Source: Octopus sinensis
Taxonomy: Eukaryota
Reading direction: 5' to 3'
DNA length: 64,000 nt
Assembly (NCBI RefSeq): GCF_006345805.1
Contig: NC_043003.1
Coordinates: forward strand, 103,850,001-103,914,000
Position 1 is the stretch's first letter, and each line of letters begins with the position of its first letter. This document shows positions 1-12,830 of this stretch, piece after piece. The notes beneath the pieces are model-generated. The model did no database searches. It worked only from the letters and a program-made list of their open reading frames with translations, and was not told the DNA's origin. A program made the translations under genes and the position numbers.

Positions 1-261
1 AAGAAACTATTATCTTTTCTCTCTGAAAAGGAGCAGTGAAGTAGAATAATCAGAAGAACATAGATTGAAATACCTTATGGTATTAAGATACTTTCTGAGA
101 TTAAATGCCACTGAGATCTGCTTTACTTTTCATCCTTCCAAAGTTAATAAAATGCCAGTTAAGTACTAGGATTAATGTTCCATAATGTGGTTCATGTCAT
201 CATCTGTTCCCTTCTCTCCAAATTTTTGGCTGGATGCTTCTGTAAGAAACTACAATTATTA

Positions 262-2435
262 AGGTAGTGGCATTCATATAGAGACTTCAAGACAACAAGA
301 AGCTCTCCATCAATCCCATCCATACTCCTGCAGAACCTTCCACAAGTCCTATGGAATGTAGTTGTTTGCTTTTTTAAGGCCTACAAAACAAGCAGGCACC
401 TCTTGGCTATACTCTCACAACTTCTTGAAAACTTGCTGCAGTGTGGTTGGCTGTGCTGCTTCTGGGGCAAAAACCAAACTGTTTGGTCAGCTAGATTGGA
501 TTCAAGAATATCCTTAGCATAGACGAGGCTTAACTAGAAGATTCCCTTTACTGACGAGGCTTAACTAGAAGATTCCCCTATAATTAGAGATATTCCTCTT
601 GTTTCCCTTTTTGAAAATTTGAATTACCATTCCTGATTGCCACTGCTTAGATGCTTTTCCAGAGATTCTGGCCGCCTGGCACACCCAAGTCAGCCAGTGA
701 CTACTTTCTCTATGTAAGGCCTTTAAAATCTTAGGCTGGACTCCATCCTCTCAAGGGGCCTTGCTACATTTGAACTCTTTAATTGCTTTTGTGACCTCAG
801 TCTCTGAGAAATTTGTCATTACTACAAGATGTGCTTCATGTAAGTCAGATGTTGTGACCAGGTTTAGATCAGTAAAGTTTTCTCTCCACCTTACAAGGCT
901 GCATGAGGAGCCCAGCAGTCATGGAAGGGGACTTCTTATTACAAAATTGGTGGATAGTCTGCCAGAATATGTTATTTGCTGATTTAAAATGAAATTCCAG
1001 CCCAAAGTCCTCCCATGTCTTCACCTTGGATCCCTTTACCATCTGTGCTGCAATTTTCATGTCTTGTACTGCAAGCGCAAAGAGGAGAACTTATTTCCAA
1101 ACCAAGCTTTGTAAGCCTTCTTTGCTCAGATGGCATCTTCAACCTCTTGAGCGAACAAGGGGTCCTCCTGCCACCCAGCACCATACTGATTTGCTTTTCC
1201 CTGCAGTATTTAACGGTTGAAGCATAAACTGCCAAACTGAACGGTCTCCACTACCTTTCAACATCCTTAGTTTCTTCAAAGAGTTCTCTGAATTTGGATG
1301 CAATTGTATCGGCATACCTGGTCCTGACTTCTTTATCAACCAGTGCTTCCCACTTTATCCTGTTGGTCAATCTAGGCCTGCCAGTTTTGTGGGTCTTCTT
1401 GGTTTTGGGCCATCTCAGGTTGCAGACAACTAGATGGTGGTCAGTTGGCAGCTCAGCTTCTCTCTTAACATGAACATCCAGCACAGAACCAGAGAGATCA
1501 AAGATGATAACAAAATCATTTACTAGTCTGTAAATACCATGCATATTTATGGGTGTCTTTGTGCTGGAAGAAGATGTTCATATAGAGAGCCTGTTACTAG
1601 AACAAATTTGATAAGGCCTCTATTTTTGTATTTAGGTACGTGGTCGATGCCAGCGCCACCTTGACTGGCTTCCATGCCAGTGCATGTAAAAAGCACCAAC
1701 CGATCGTGGACATTGCCAGCCTCCCCTGGCACGTAAAAAGCACCCACTACACTCATGGAGTGGTTGGCGTTAGGAAGGGCATCCAGCTGTAGAAACACTG
1801 TCGGATCAGACTGGAGCCTGGTACAGCCTCCTGGTTCCCAGACCCCAGTCGAACCGTCCAACCCATGCTAGCATGGAAAGCAGACGTTAAGCAATGATGA
1901 TGTAAGGATCACCATTCCTTCCAGTTACTCCTTTCCATGTCAGATCGTTGGTATTAATATGTGCATTCAAGTCTCCCATTAGGTTATATGGCTCTATCTG
2001 AACTGCATCTAAAACTGCAGTGACTTTATCAAAGAAGAACCTGCATTCGGTCTTTCTGTTTGCTGCATAAACTTGTACCCACAGAGGCCTATCTGTCAGC
2101 CTAAGCTTCCAGAAGCAAATCCCTCTTCTCGATAGGATGTAGTCCATAACACATTTAGTGACAGTCAGGGACTCGTGAGTATTCTCACTCCAACCCGTGC
2201 AGTCATTCCTGGCACCATACCTGAATAGTGGTGTTTCCATCCTCCATCCAAATCTTCAATACCAGGACCACAGAACTTTGCTGAGGAAACCCCCAACTAT
2301 ATGTAGCTGGTAACATCTGACCTCCTGCAACCGTTCCCTACCTCTTACCTGTAAAGGTTTTGACATTCCAGTTATCAACTGTCAAGATTTGCTCTCTTTG
2401 GGGTCTTGAGATACATAAACTTTGTGTGTCCCGCC
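262..2435 (-). pseudogene. RTE-clade LINE, 5' part (APE endonuclease to first part of RT), decayed, inverted relative to its own 3' part
   Basis: Minus-strand motifs in order: WNV (2370-2362), YQLHIVGVSS...DGGW, GDLNAH, VKREAELPTDHHLVVCNL, WEDFG...FWQTI, CFVGLKKA (for FVDLEKA), KSLYEC (287-270). Many stops and frameshifts. Confidence 0.85.
1640..1902 (+). mobile_element. RTE 3'-UTR repeat (CAT/ATG-tailed), inserted in the older RTE
   Basis: Family core ttaggaagggcatccagctgtagaaac...aacccatgctagcatggaaag plus (ATG)n tail. Confidence 0.85.
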
Positions 2436-2439
2436 TATG

Positions 2440-4200
2440 CTTCCCTAGCATTTGTGTTCAGATAAATGGTACTAAGTCGAAACTATTCAATGTGGGTGTC
2501 GGAGTCCACCAAGGATGCATACTGTCACCTCTCCTGTTCATAATCTTTATGGACAGGATTGACATGTGCACCCAGCTTGGAAATGGTTTCAAGACAAGCA
2601 GTTGTAAGATCAGTCAGTTAGAATTTGCAGACAACATTGTACTACTCAACTCATTGGAAGGTGATCTCTGACATGCATTTGATAGGTTTGCTACCAAATG
2701 CTGCTTTGTAGGACTAAAAATTAGTACTGCAAAGACTGAGACACTCGTCTTCTCAAGGAGGCCTGTTCAATGCACTCTACATGTGAGTGGAATTCCACTG
2801 AAATAGATGGAGGAGTTCAAATATCTCAGTCATTTTCATGAGTAATGGAAGACATAAGCTGCTGCAGTATTGCACTGGCTTTAGTGTTCAGTTATCAGGA
2901 GAAAGGAGGTAGGTATAAAAATCAAACCTATTACCTTCAGTTTGGTGTTTGTGCCTACCCTTGCCTGTGGTCAGGAATCATGAATACAGGGTGCAGTGGT
3001 ATATTTTTAATTTCGTGCATGTGCATTGTTTGTTTTTCATTTTGTCAACTATAGTAGGGTCAGTTGGGCACCGTCTGTAAAAAAAACAGTACCATGATGC
3101 AATTCACTCTGCCAGAAATTTGGAAACGTCATGCTGTACTGGAAGCTCTAATATGAACAGATGGTGAACACTCAGAACAACTTTTGGCTTGCCATGTCCC
3201 CAAAACATGTACCGAGAATAATAAAAATCAAACATCCAGTCAACATCATGGTGTTTGGAGTGTAGTGATGGTGATGTTATGCCTCCATTCATCTTCCCAC
3301 ATGGCCTCAGACTCAACATGGAGGCCTACATCAAGTGCCTGGAGGAGGTAGTGCTGCCCTGAGTCACGAGGGTGGCTGCTGGAAGACCCTGTATCTGGCA
3401 ACAGGTCTCTGCACCATACTACACAAGCAGGAGAACCCAGTCATGGCTGTCACACAATTTCTGCAACCACATCACCCTTAACATCTAGCCACCTAACTCC
3501 CCAGACTCTAATCCCCTTGATTATTATGTGTGGGGTGCAGTTGAGCGAGAGACCAACAAAACTCCTTGTAACACCAAAGATGAACTGAAGGCAAGGATTA
3601 TGGCAGCATTCACCAACTTAAACAAGGAGACCATCCAGAAGAGTTGTAGGAGATTCTGAAGTCATCTGGAGGCCGTGGTTGAAGCCAATGGTGATTTTAT
3701 TGAATAAATTTACTCTTTAGTACTTCAAGATATTTTTATGTAATTTTGGTAAATACATCTCTAAAATGGGATGTCAGTGTTATTTTCATTTTTGTGTAAC
3801 TTAGGCAACAAAATAGTCACCCCACCCAGTACAGTTGCAAATGCAAGCAGCTGAGATGGGGTCTTTCCAAAATGTCTTTGGAGTAATATTACTTGATAGA
3901 GTTCATAGCCCAGAGACCAGGGAAGCACTCCAAGCAGAGCTGCCGCTTCTGAATTGAGAGATCACAACACCAATACTACAGACATATGGTAAAATTGTCC
4001 TGGAAAGAATCACTGAATAGGTTTTTATGGGCAAAACTGACTGCCAGGAGATCCTGAAGTAGACCACAAGCAAGATTGTTGGATGACATCCATGAGCTTG
4101 GGGATCATGGATCCAGCTAGATCAATTGGAGCTGGTTGCTTCTGACAGGAGCTGATGGAAGGTGTACTTGAGGACTCTGCTCCCACAACCCTCCCAGGAA
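2440..4200 (+). pseudogene. RTE-clade LINE, 3' part (RT core to C-terminus), interrupted by a Tc1/mariner element
   Basis: SICVQINGTKSKLFNVGVGVHQGCILSPLLFIIFM...FADNIV, then MEEFKYL, VPTLACGQES. After 3831: QAAEMG and degenerate 'GRRPRGRP..W'-like and LPQP segments. Confidence 0.8.
2987..3829 (+). mobile_element. Tc1/mariner-superfamily element, DD37D (maT-like) transposase relic, internally deleted
   Basis: Translation of about 3230-3706: KHPVNIMVFG...WQQ(V)SAP...PPNSPDSNPLDYYVWGAVE...LEAVVEANGDFIE*. 37 residues lie between the second catalytic position and the final D. Imperfect CAGGGTG/CACCCAG ends, each flanked by TA. Confidence 0.75.
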
Positions 4201-4694
4201 TAAATGGGCAAAGGCAATAAGATAAAAGTAGTGAGGTGACAGAATTCTTAGTGCATTTGACAAAATGCTTAGCAGCATTTTTTCCATTCTTTTCATTCTA
4301 TGTTCAGATTCTACATTCAACTTTGCCCTTCATCCTTTTGTGGTAAATAAAGGAATACCAATTGAATGACTAACCCTCTTCTACCAAAATTGCTGTACTT
4401 GTGCCAAAATGTGGAACAATTATTATTATGATCATCATTATTTCAGCTGAAGACACCGTTTCATTCTTCTAGAGTCAATAAAATCAAATATCAGTCAAGC
4501 ACTGGTTTCAAGTTAATTGAATTATCCTTGTCTCCATGTTTTGGGCCTTTGCCTATATCCAAAACAATCATTTCTCTTCTGGTCTCCCTTTCTACCTACT
4601 TACCAGTGGCTTGTAAGTTTGTACCCCACTTCAAGAAATACTTTCACCTTAACCAACATATTTAACTCTACTTTCTTAATAGTTTGCATCGTTC

Positions 4695-5070
4695 TAGTAG
4701 GGTATTAAGAGCACCGTCCAAGCATGGTCGTTGCCAGAGCAGCCAACTGGCTTCCATGCCAGTGGCACGTAAAAGGGCACCATTCAAGCATGATCATTAC
4801 CAACGTCGCCTTACTGGCACCTGTGCCGGTGACATGTGTAAAAGATTCAAGCGAGGTCGTTGCTAGTACCGCCTGACTGGCTCCTGTGCCGGTGACACGT
4901 AAAAGCACCCACTACACTCTCAGAGTGGTTGGCATTAGGAAGGGCATCCTGCTGTAGAAACTCTGCCAAATCAAGATTGAAGACTGGTGCAGCCATCTAG
5001 TTCGCCAGCCCTCAGTCATACGTCCAACCCATGCCAGCATGGAAAGCGGACGTTAAACGATGATGATGAT
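4695..5070 (+). mobile_element. RTE 3'-UTR repeat ending 29 bp upstream of the first LIN7 exon found
   Basis: Same core and (GAT)n tail. Confidence 0.85.
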
Positions 5071-5099
5071 TTAATAGTTTTGTTTGTTTTCTATTTCAG

Positions 5100-5141
5100 A
5101 TGTTAACCGGGCAATTGAATTATTGGAAATTCTTCAAATGA
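5100..5141 (+). CDS. LIN7: Lin-7 homolog, first coding exon found (probably exon 2; start of L27 domain: (D)VNRAIELLEILQM)
   Basis: tttcag acceptor ending 5099 and GTGAGT donor at 5142. Translation matches the LIN7 'D(I/V)xRAIELLEKLQ' motif. The 42-nt exon joins in frame to 8240 (A|AG = Lys). Too short for the ORF track. Confidence 0.85.
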   Translation: MLTGQLNYWKFFK

Positions 5142-5649
5142 GTGAGTTCTTGTTTCTTTTGTATTTGGACCAAATTAAACCCTGGTTCTGTTATTCAAAT
5201 TTAAGTTATTTAACTCTTTAGCATTTAAACCAACCATGTCTGGCCCCCAAATATTCTACCCATTTTATGTTCCAGACAACCCGATCAGACCTCTCCACCT
5301 ATTCTACAATGTCATTCTAAAAATAACAAATCACATCACGGAAATCTTGAAGCTAAGAAATAATGCAGGATTAATTCAAAACAATGTAAATAAATAAGCA
5401 TTACATTTGACGGAGTTGTCTGAATGCCGAAGGATTTAATCCAAACTTTCCATCAAAATTTCGTATTTATATTTCAAACAACAGCTTAATAATGCCAAAG
5501 TTATTTTATTAAATTCATTATTTTGAAAATAGATTTGAAACACAAGCAGTGTATTTTAACAGAAATGTGGTAACAAAAGTGCTAAAGTGCTCTAAATTTA
5601 AACTTTGCATCACAATTTCATAAATCAAAAATAAAAATTAAATTCGATG

Positions 5650-6165
5650 ACTGACATCAGTGCTAGTGGGGTGCAAAGAGCACCATACGAGTGTGATCAT
5701 TGACAGAGCGGCTAACCGGCTTGTGTGCCAGTGGCACTTAAAAGGCACCATTCGAGCGTGATTGTTACCAGCATTGCACTACTGGCACTTGAGCCCCGTG
5801 CTAGTATTAAGAGCACCATCCAAGCGTGATCGTTGCCACAGCAGCCAACTGGCCTCCGTGCCAGTTGTACGTAAAAGACACCATTCAAGCGTGATCGTTA
5901 CCAGCATCACCTTACTGGCACCTGTGCCGGTGGCATGTGTAAAAGATTTGAGCAAGGTTGTTGCCATTGCCGCCTCACTGGCACGTAAAAGCACCCACTA
6001 CACTCTCAGAGTGGTTGGCGTTAGGAAGGGCATCCAGCTGTAGAAACTCTGCCAGATCAAGATTGAAGCCTGGTGCAGCCATCAGGTACGCCAGCCCTCA
6101 GTCATACGTCCAACCCATGCTAGCATGGAAAGTGGACGTTTTAAGCGATGATGATGATTATGATG
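5650..6165 (+). mobile_element. RTE 3'-UTR repeat, long variant, in a LIN7 intron
   Basis: Several tandem 'tggcacgtaaaa-gcacca' subunits, core and (GAT)n tail. Confidence 0.9.
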
Positions 6166-8239
6166 TTCCAAACATTAGCTTAATAATGACAGTTACAACC
6201 ACATGGCTTTGGGTTCATTCCCACTACACTGCATCATGGACAAGTGTCTCCTGCTATAGTCCCAAGTGAATTAATGCCTTGTGAATGAATTTGGTAGACA
6301 GAAACTGTGCAGAAGTCATCATATATATGATTTACAAATGTATGTATGTACATGTGTGTATATCTCCCCGCCTCCTTGCTTGACAATCAATGTTGGTTTG
6401 CTTTTTGTCCCTATAACTTAGCAGTTCAGCAAAATAGACCATTGAAATAAGTACCAGATTTAAAATATAAAAAACAAGTACTTGGGTCAATTTGTTTGAT
6501 GTAACCCTTCAAGATTGTTCCCTAGTATGACTGAAACTAGTAGAAGGTGGAAGATTATTTTAAATAATACACTACCTTTGTTTCGGGTCATTACCTGAAA
6601 CAAAGGTAGTGTGTTTCAACTGAAGTCTAGTAATGCAGAGTTTAAAAGCACAGAAGTTGGGTTCTGTTACAGTGAACACTTACTATTACATTTATTATCA
6701 GAGAGTTTTCATTGACATCTTATTAAATGTTACTTGATGGGTTTAAGCCAAAGTCGTGAGTTTAATCTTGACTAAACCATTGTTTTGGTGGTAGGCTGTA
6801 ACTGTTATTCATTTGAATGTTGAGCAATGAATTGGTAGAATCCCTAGAGCATCAGACAAAATATTTTGTGGTATTTGTTCCAGCTCTTTATGTTCTGAAT
6901 TGAAATCCTGCTGAAGTCAACTTTGTCTCTCTTCTCTCTTGTGTTGACAAAATAAAATAATTGATGTAATCAACTAAACCCATCCTCTCAAAAATTGCTG
7001 ACCTTGTGCCTTAATTAGAAACAATTACACTGTGTAATGCTATTTTTGTCCTTGGGTAGCAGCTGTTATTTCCTATTTGCTTGCCCCTAGAAAGTATGAA
7101 AAACGGCTAATATTTCCTTCAAACTTTGCTTTCCTCAAACTTGTCTCCATTTGGACAGCTAGAAGTAAACTGAACTGTTGAGCCTATGATTGTGTATATA
7201 TACTGCTATCTATGTTGCCAGAATGTTCTAGAAATTCTTGAAACTTTTAGAAAGTTTTAGAAAATTCTGCTTCAGCAACTTGGTGCTGAATCTGTGTGAG
7301 ATGTAATGGAAAATGGGTCAGTTTCAAAACATTGATGTCCAGGTCACAAAAGCGAAGTCTGATGGGAACAGTAGTCATTTTCTTTGAAAGAAACAAATAG
7401 GAAACAGGACTTCAAAGACAAAACACAAATTTGTTTCAGTGTTGTTAAATGTGGAGATAATCTTTAACATTGAGTGAACAAAAATTTAAAAATTAAACTC
7501 ATTTAAAAGAAAATTTTAGTTCTTCCAATTTACAAAAAAGGACATTTATTTATGAAAAAAAATTTTCTATCTTTATCAATCATTTAAGTGTGTAAAATAT
7601 CTCTTTGAACCTTTCTGAATTTTTTTACCTTGACCAACATTATCTCAGTTTTACTCTCATTTCATAGTTGAATATTAAGTATTAAAAAGGGGAATTAGCT
7701 GAATAAACAGTTGATCCTACAATAAAAAATAACTTTTCATAAATTGTATAGCTTGTGAGTCCCTTTTAAGAATAAATGGATATGGTGTTGTTTGGATTCC
7801 CACTGTTCTGCATGTACCCTATGAAATATCTTTCTTTTATTTGGTTCCATCTTTAGACATTGGGAATGCTGGGACGCCACACTGGAGGGTTTGGTCGAAC
7901 AAAATGATCCGAGTACTTATTGCTTTAGTCTGGTATTTATTCTGTTAGTCTCTTTTCATTGAACTGCTAAGTTACAAGGGATGTAAACAAACCAAACACT
8001 GTTTGTCAAGCAGTAAGGGGGAACAAATACACAGACACACACTTGTGTGTGTGTGTGTATATATACATATATTATATGACAGACTTCTTTCAGTTTCCGT
8101 CTACCAAATCCACTCACAAGGCTTTGGTTAACACAAGGGCAATAGTAGAAGACACTTACCCAAGGTACCACACAGTGGGACTGAACTTAAATGTGTGTAT
8201 GCGTGTATGAACACTTAGCCTATGTTTGTTATTTTTCAG

Positions 8240-8388
8240 AGGGTGAAATTGCTACACCTAATATGTCTGCCCTACAGAAGGTATTACAAAGTGACTTCCT
8301 ACAGACTGTGCGAGAAGTGTACGAACATGTGTACGAAACAGTTGATATCGCTGGCACTCGTGAAGCCCGTGCCAATGCTACAGCAAAG
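8240..8388 (+). CDS. LIN7: Lin-7 homolog exon (L27 domain: [49 protein letters not shown])
   Basis: tttttcag acceptor and GT donor at 8389. The [14 protein letters not shown]...RANATAK motif is diagnostic of LIN7/Veli/MALS. Confidence 0.97.
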
Positions 8389-9065
8389 GTTGGTGTAAAA
8401 GTTTTATTTCAGTTGTTTCTTTAGGTAGGTGGGTGGCTGTGTGTGCATGTGTGCCATCGTCATTGTTTTAACATTCACTTCTCAGTGGACATGGGTCAGA
8501 CAGAATTTATTCAGCTAGATTTTCTATGGCTGGAGGTCTTCCTCATCATTATCCCCAAGTAATATTTCCCCAAGACCTGACATATTTTCATGGGAGATTG
8601 AAAATGAAGGACAGAGAGAGATAGTAACACACACACACTCAGGCATGCACTTATTCATAAATATACACACACACACACACATTTTAGGATTTTAATTTCC
8701 ATTGATCAGATCTATTCATATGACTTGGCTTGGCTCAGGGCTATTGTAGAAGACACTTGCCCAAGGTGCCACAATGTAGGATGGAACCCAAAGCCATTTG
8801 GTTGGAAGCAAACTTTTTAAGCACTCGGCCACACCTGCATGTATGTAGTTTATTGTGAGGCTTTGTGTGTGTATAAAGGTGACTGCTATATAGTGGAAAT
8901 GTCTATACTCGAGAGGTTCTAAGAGTGTGTGTGTGTGTACGTACATGTGTATAGTTCTATGGAGGTGACATGCTATATCTGGATAGTTTTGTGAGTTTAT
9001 ATGTAGACATGTCAGAATGTACTGAACTAGTTTCCTCCTATTTTATTATTTTTGGTCAATTGCAG

Positions 9066-9275
9066 GCAACTGTAGCTGCCTTTGCTGCCAGTGAGGGACA
9101 TGCCCACCCTCGTGTTGTAGAACTGCCTAAAACTGAAGATGGTCTTGGTTTCAACGTGATGGGAGGAAAGGAGCAGAACTCTCCTATATACATTTCCCGA
9201 ATTATTCCTGATGGCGTGGCCGCAAGAGAGGGTGGCCTTAAACGTGGCGACCAACTGATATCTGTCAATGGAGAG
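9066..9275 (+). CDS. LIN7: Lin-7 homolog exon (PDZ domain: [70 protein letters not shown])
   Basis: tgcag acceptor and GTAAGT donor. 210 nt, phase 0-0. GLGF loop and LIN7-specific flanks. Confidence 0.98.
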
Positions 9276-9998
9276 GTAAGTCCTACTTATAAATGTTTAG
9301 ACTCAGAGGTGATTTAGTAAAAGTATAGATTTGGTGATAGTTAAAGAATATTTATTTTATAGAGATTACCACTGATTTGAGAGATTACCACTGATTTAAG
9401 CAGCAATTGATTCTGCACCAGAAGAGGAAATAATCTTAAGAATCTAGAATTCTATGGAACTGGCACACTTTAAAAAAACTATACTCAAAGTGAAGATAAT
9501 TTCATTAAATCAGTAACTTTTCTTCTATGGTATTAAATATACTCTTATTCATCTTTGCTGTCCAAATTCATGGCACTAACAGCTCACAGTTATGCCTCAT
9601 AACACCTTTTCTTATTTAATTATGCAAATTGTTCCAGGCTGTAAATGTCCCCCACTCATTTTCTCTGTGTCTATGTCTAATATCTGGCGGGAGTCAAGAT
9701 AGGACAGTCACTGTGCTGTTATAGAAGAATGTGTCCAAAGCTATCCTCATGTCTTCAGGAAAAACATTGACTTTTCTTTAATGGTATGTCATGTGTGTGG
9801 GTGGCCGGGTGTTCACCTTCCTGTCACCAACTTCCACTTGTTTCCAAGTGAGGGAATAATTTCCCAGCCTGGACTTGTTTGCATGGAGAACTAGATGAGC
9901 ATTGTATGAACAATCCTTTTGTTTACAAAGATTGCGCAACATGTCAAGATATATCATGAAACTAGGACATGATTTACAAACCCATTGTTTTCAATTAA

Positions 9999-10545
9999 TC
10001 ATCATCATCATCATCATCGTTTAACGTCCACTTTCCATGCTAGCATGGGTTGGACGTATGACTGAGGGCTGGTGAACCAGATGGCTGCACCAGGTTTCAA
10101 TCTTGATCTGGCAGAGTTTCTACAGCTGGATGCCCTTCCTAATGCCAACCACTCCGAGAGTGTAGTGGGTGCTTTTATGTGCCACCAGCACGGGGCCAGT
10201 CAGGCAGTACTGGCAATGACCTCGCTTGAATCTTTTACACATGCCACTGGCACAGGTGCCAGTAAGGCAATGCTCGTAACGATCACGCTTGAATGGTGTC
10301 TTTTACGTGCCACCGGCACAGAGGCCAGTTGGCTGCTCTGGCATTGATCATGCTCGGATGGTGCTTTTAATACCCTACTAGCATGGGGCTCGAGTGCCAG
10401 TTGTGCAACGCTGGTAACAATCACGCTCGAATGGTGCCTTTTAAGTGCCACTGGCATGGAAGCTGGTTAGCCGCTCTGTCACTGATCACACTTGTATGGT
10501 GCTCTTTGCACCCCGCTAGCACGGACACCAGACATTGAATTTGAT
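9999..10545 (-). mobile_element. RTE 3'-UTR repeat, long variant, antisense in a LIN7 intron
   Basis: Reverse complement of 5650-6165 over about 500 bp, same subunit order. Confidence 0.9.
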
Positions 10546-11159
10546 TTTGATTTTTGAATGCTTATATGTAAACAAGGAAAATAGAAATTCACTCACACAA
10601 ACACACACACACACACATACATATAGACACATACACATTTGGTTTCTGTCTACTGAATACACTCAGTAGGCTTTAGTTGGATCAGGACTCTTGTAGAAGA
10701 CAATTGTGCAAAGTTCAACAGTGGTATTGAACCCTAAACCACTTAGTTGAGAAGCAGACTTCTTAACATCACAGCTGTGCCTATATATATAATGCTATGT
10801 TTTTATCATGGAATCTTCATGAGGGGAAACACAGAGGTGGTTACAATTGATTTCCTCTGAGTATTTTTTATGGAACACCAGCTTGTTTGCTAGAGACAGA
10901 CGAGCTTGCCACGTCTATCTGGGCACTCATAAAGTAAAGAGCTAAAATGAATGAAACAAAATGTTTTGTCCCATTCTCTGTCAATCTAATGCTTTGAACT
11001 CCTGTTTTATTTTACTGACCCCAGAAAAGTGAAAAACAATATTAACTTCAGTAGGTGTTGAACTCAGAATGGAAAATGCCCAAACAAATTTACTACCATC
11101 ATCATCATCGTTAAACGTCCACTTTCCATGCTAGCATGGGTTGTGAAAAATAACATTCA

Positions 11160-11455
11160 AGTGAGGGCGTTGCCAGTGCCGCTGGACTGGCTGCTGTGCA
11201 GGTGACACGTAAAAACACCATTTGAGTGTGGCTGTTGCCAGTACTGCCTGACTGGCCCTCATGCTGGTGGCACGCAAAAGCACCCACTACACTCTCGGAG
11301 TGGTTGGTGTTAGGAAGGGCATCCAGCTGTAGAAACTCTGCCAGATCAGATTGAGGCCTGATGCAGCCATCTGACTCACCAGTCCCCAGTCAAACCGTCC
11401 AACCCATACCAGCATGGAAAGCAGACATTAAATGACAGTGATGGTGATGATGATG
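11160..11455 (+). mobile_element. RTE 3'-UTR repeat
   Basis: Family core and tail. Confidence 0.85.
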
Positions 11456-11482
11456 ATACTTATATATATATATATATATATA

Positions 11483-11832
11483 TCACATTGATCACTGTGA
11501 CCGACCAGGCTATCACATGTTGGTGCACATTGCTGATCACAGTGCGCTTCACATTGTTTCAGCCTCCAAATGACGCCACCCCGCTGACACCACCCCGCTG
11601 ACGCCACCCCGCTGACGCCACCCCGCTGGCTAAGCGAACAGGCCAACAGAAGAAACAGTGAGAGAAAGTTGTGGCGAAAGAGTACAGCAGGGATCACCCC
11701 CCCCCCTCCCAGAGCCTCGTGGAGCTTTAGGTGTTTTTGCTCAATAAACACTCACAACGCCTGGTCTGGGAATGAAAACTGCAATCCTACAACCGCGGGT
11801 TCGCTGCCCTAACCACTGGGCCAGTGCGCTGC

Positions 11833-11834
<2 letters not shown>
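11483..11834 (-). mobile_element. tRNA-derived SINE (head type A, tail Z)
   Basis: Minus-strand head gcgcactggcccagtggttagggcagcg...gcagttttcattcccagacc (A/B-box-like). Body shared with 31577-31956 and 37116-37500. The tail has 'gacgccaccccgct' subrepeats. Confidence 0.8.
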
Positions 11835-11872
<38 letters not shown>

Positions 11873-12830
11873 CATACATACCTCTACATATGTGCATCTT
11901 TATGCCCACACACACATGGCAGGCCACTCTTAGTGCTATTTGTAGCATGTAACCCAGTACAACCTGTTGCATGGTTGGGCGTCAGCAACTGCTTGACAAC
12001 CCTATCAAGCCTGCTGGTTATGGAGGATGAGTTTTGTTGGACACTCTGCAGGATGAAAAACAAAACCTGTCAAAGGATGGAAGAACTCAACATTGTCAGT
12101 AGCCATCCAACATCTTGGAGTGAGAAACCCCAAGTCTTTGTTTAGACATCTCTCTCCTAAGTGATGTGTGTGTGGGCACGCACATGCACATATGTAGAAG
12201 TATATATATATATATATCATTATAATCATCATCATCGCTGTCATTTAATGTCCGCTTTCCATGCTGGCATGGGTTGGACGGTTTGACTGGGGACCGGTGA
12301 GCCAGAAATTCCAGCATAACAACAAAGTCATTGTGAATCCAGAGATCTGGCTTGTTTCTGAACTATTTAGCTTTGTTGGTGAGAATCTTAGTAGTGTTGT
12401 ACAAGCTGTTGTTAACTTTAAATTTCAACATTGTGACAGCCATTGTCTTTAATATTTAAGATAAGATAATTTGTGAGCAATGGTTGTCCTTGTTTACGAG
12501 TTGACAGCTACTATGTATATACGTGTATATGTATGCATGTGAATCTGTTTGTGTTTTCTTGCCTTAACCTCATGTGATAGTTGTAGGCAAGTCACTGTCC
12601 TAAAGACAGAGTCATTCATTTCCAGTCTTCTGTGAAAATATATCCATTCTGACCAAGGGGGAATATTACTTTACTTGGAAACGCATGAGGAAGGGCATCC
12701 AGCTGTAGAAAACTGCCTTAGAAAATTTCATATAACCCATGCAAGCATGGAAAAGTGTACATTAAGTGATGAGGATGAATGCATAAAATACTCCAATCCC
12801 TAAAAAACAGAAGCCTCTAGGTAGTCATCA

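Noticed and set aside
522-577. Small tandem duplications (522-577, 9361-9397, about 60651-60690)
   Set aside because: Ordinary 18-31-bp slippage or repair duplications with no further structure.
1-5099. LIN7 first coding exon or promoter
   Set aside because: No M...LER-type exon with a donor was found; the region is TE-derived, so the exon probably lies upstream of the window.
5650-6165. Regularly spaced 'tggcacgtaaaa' units resembling a CRISPR array
   Set aside because: The spacers are homologous to each other, the block is a LINE 3'UTR, no cas genes are present and the context is eukaryotic.
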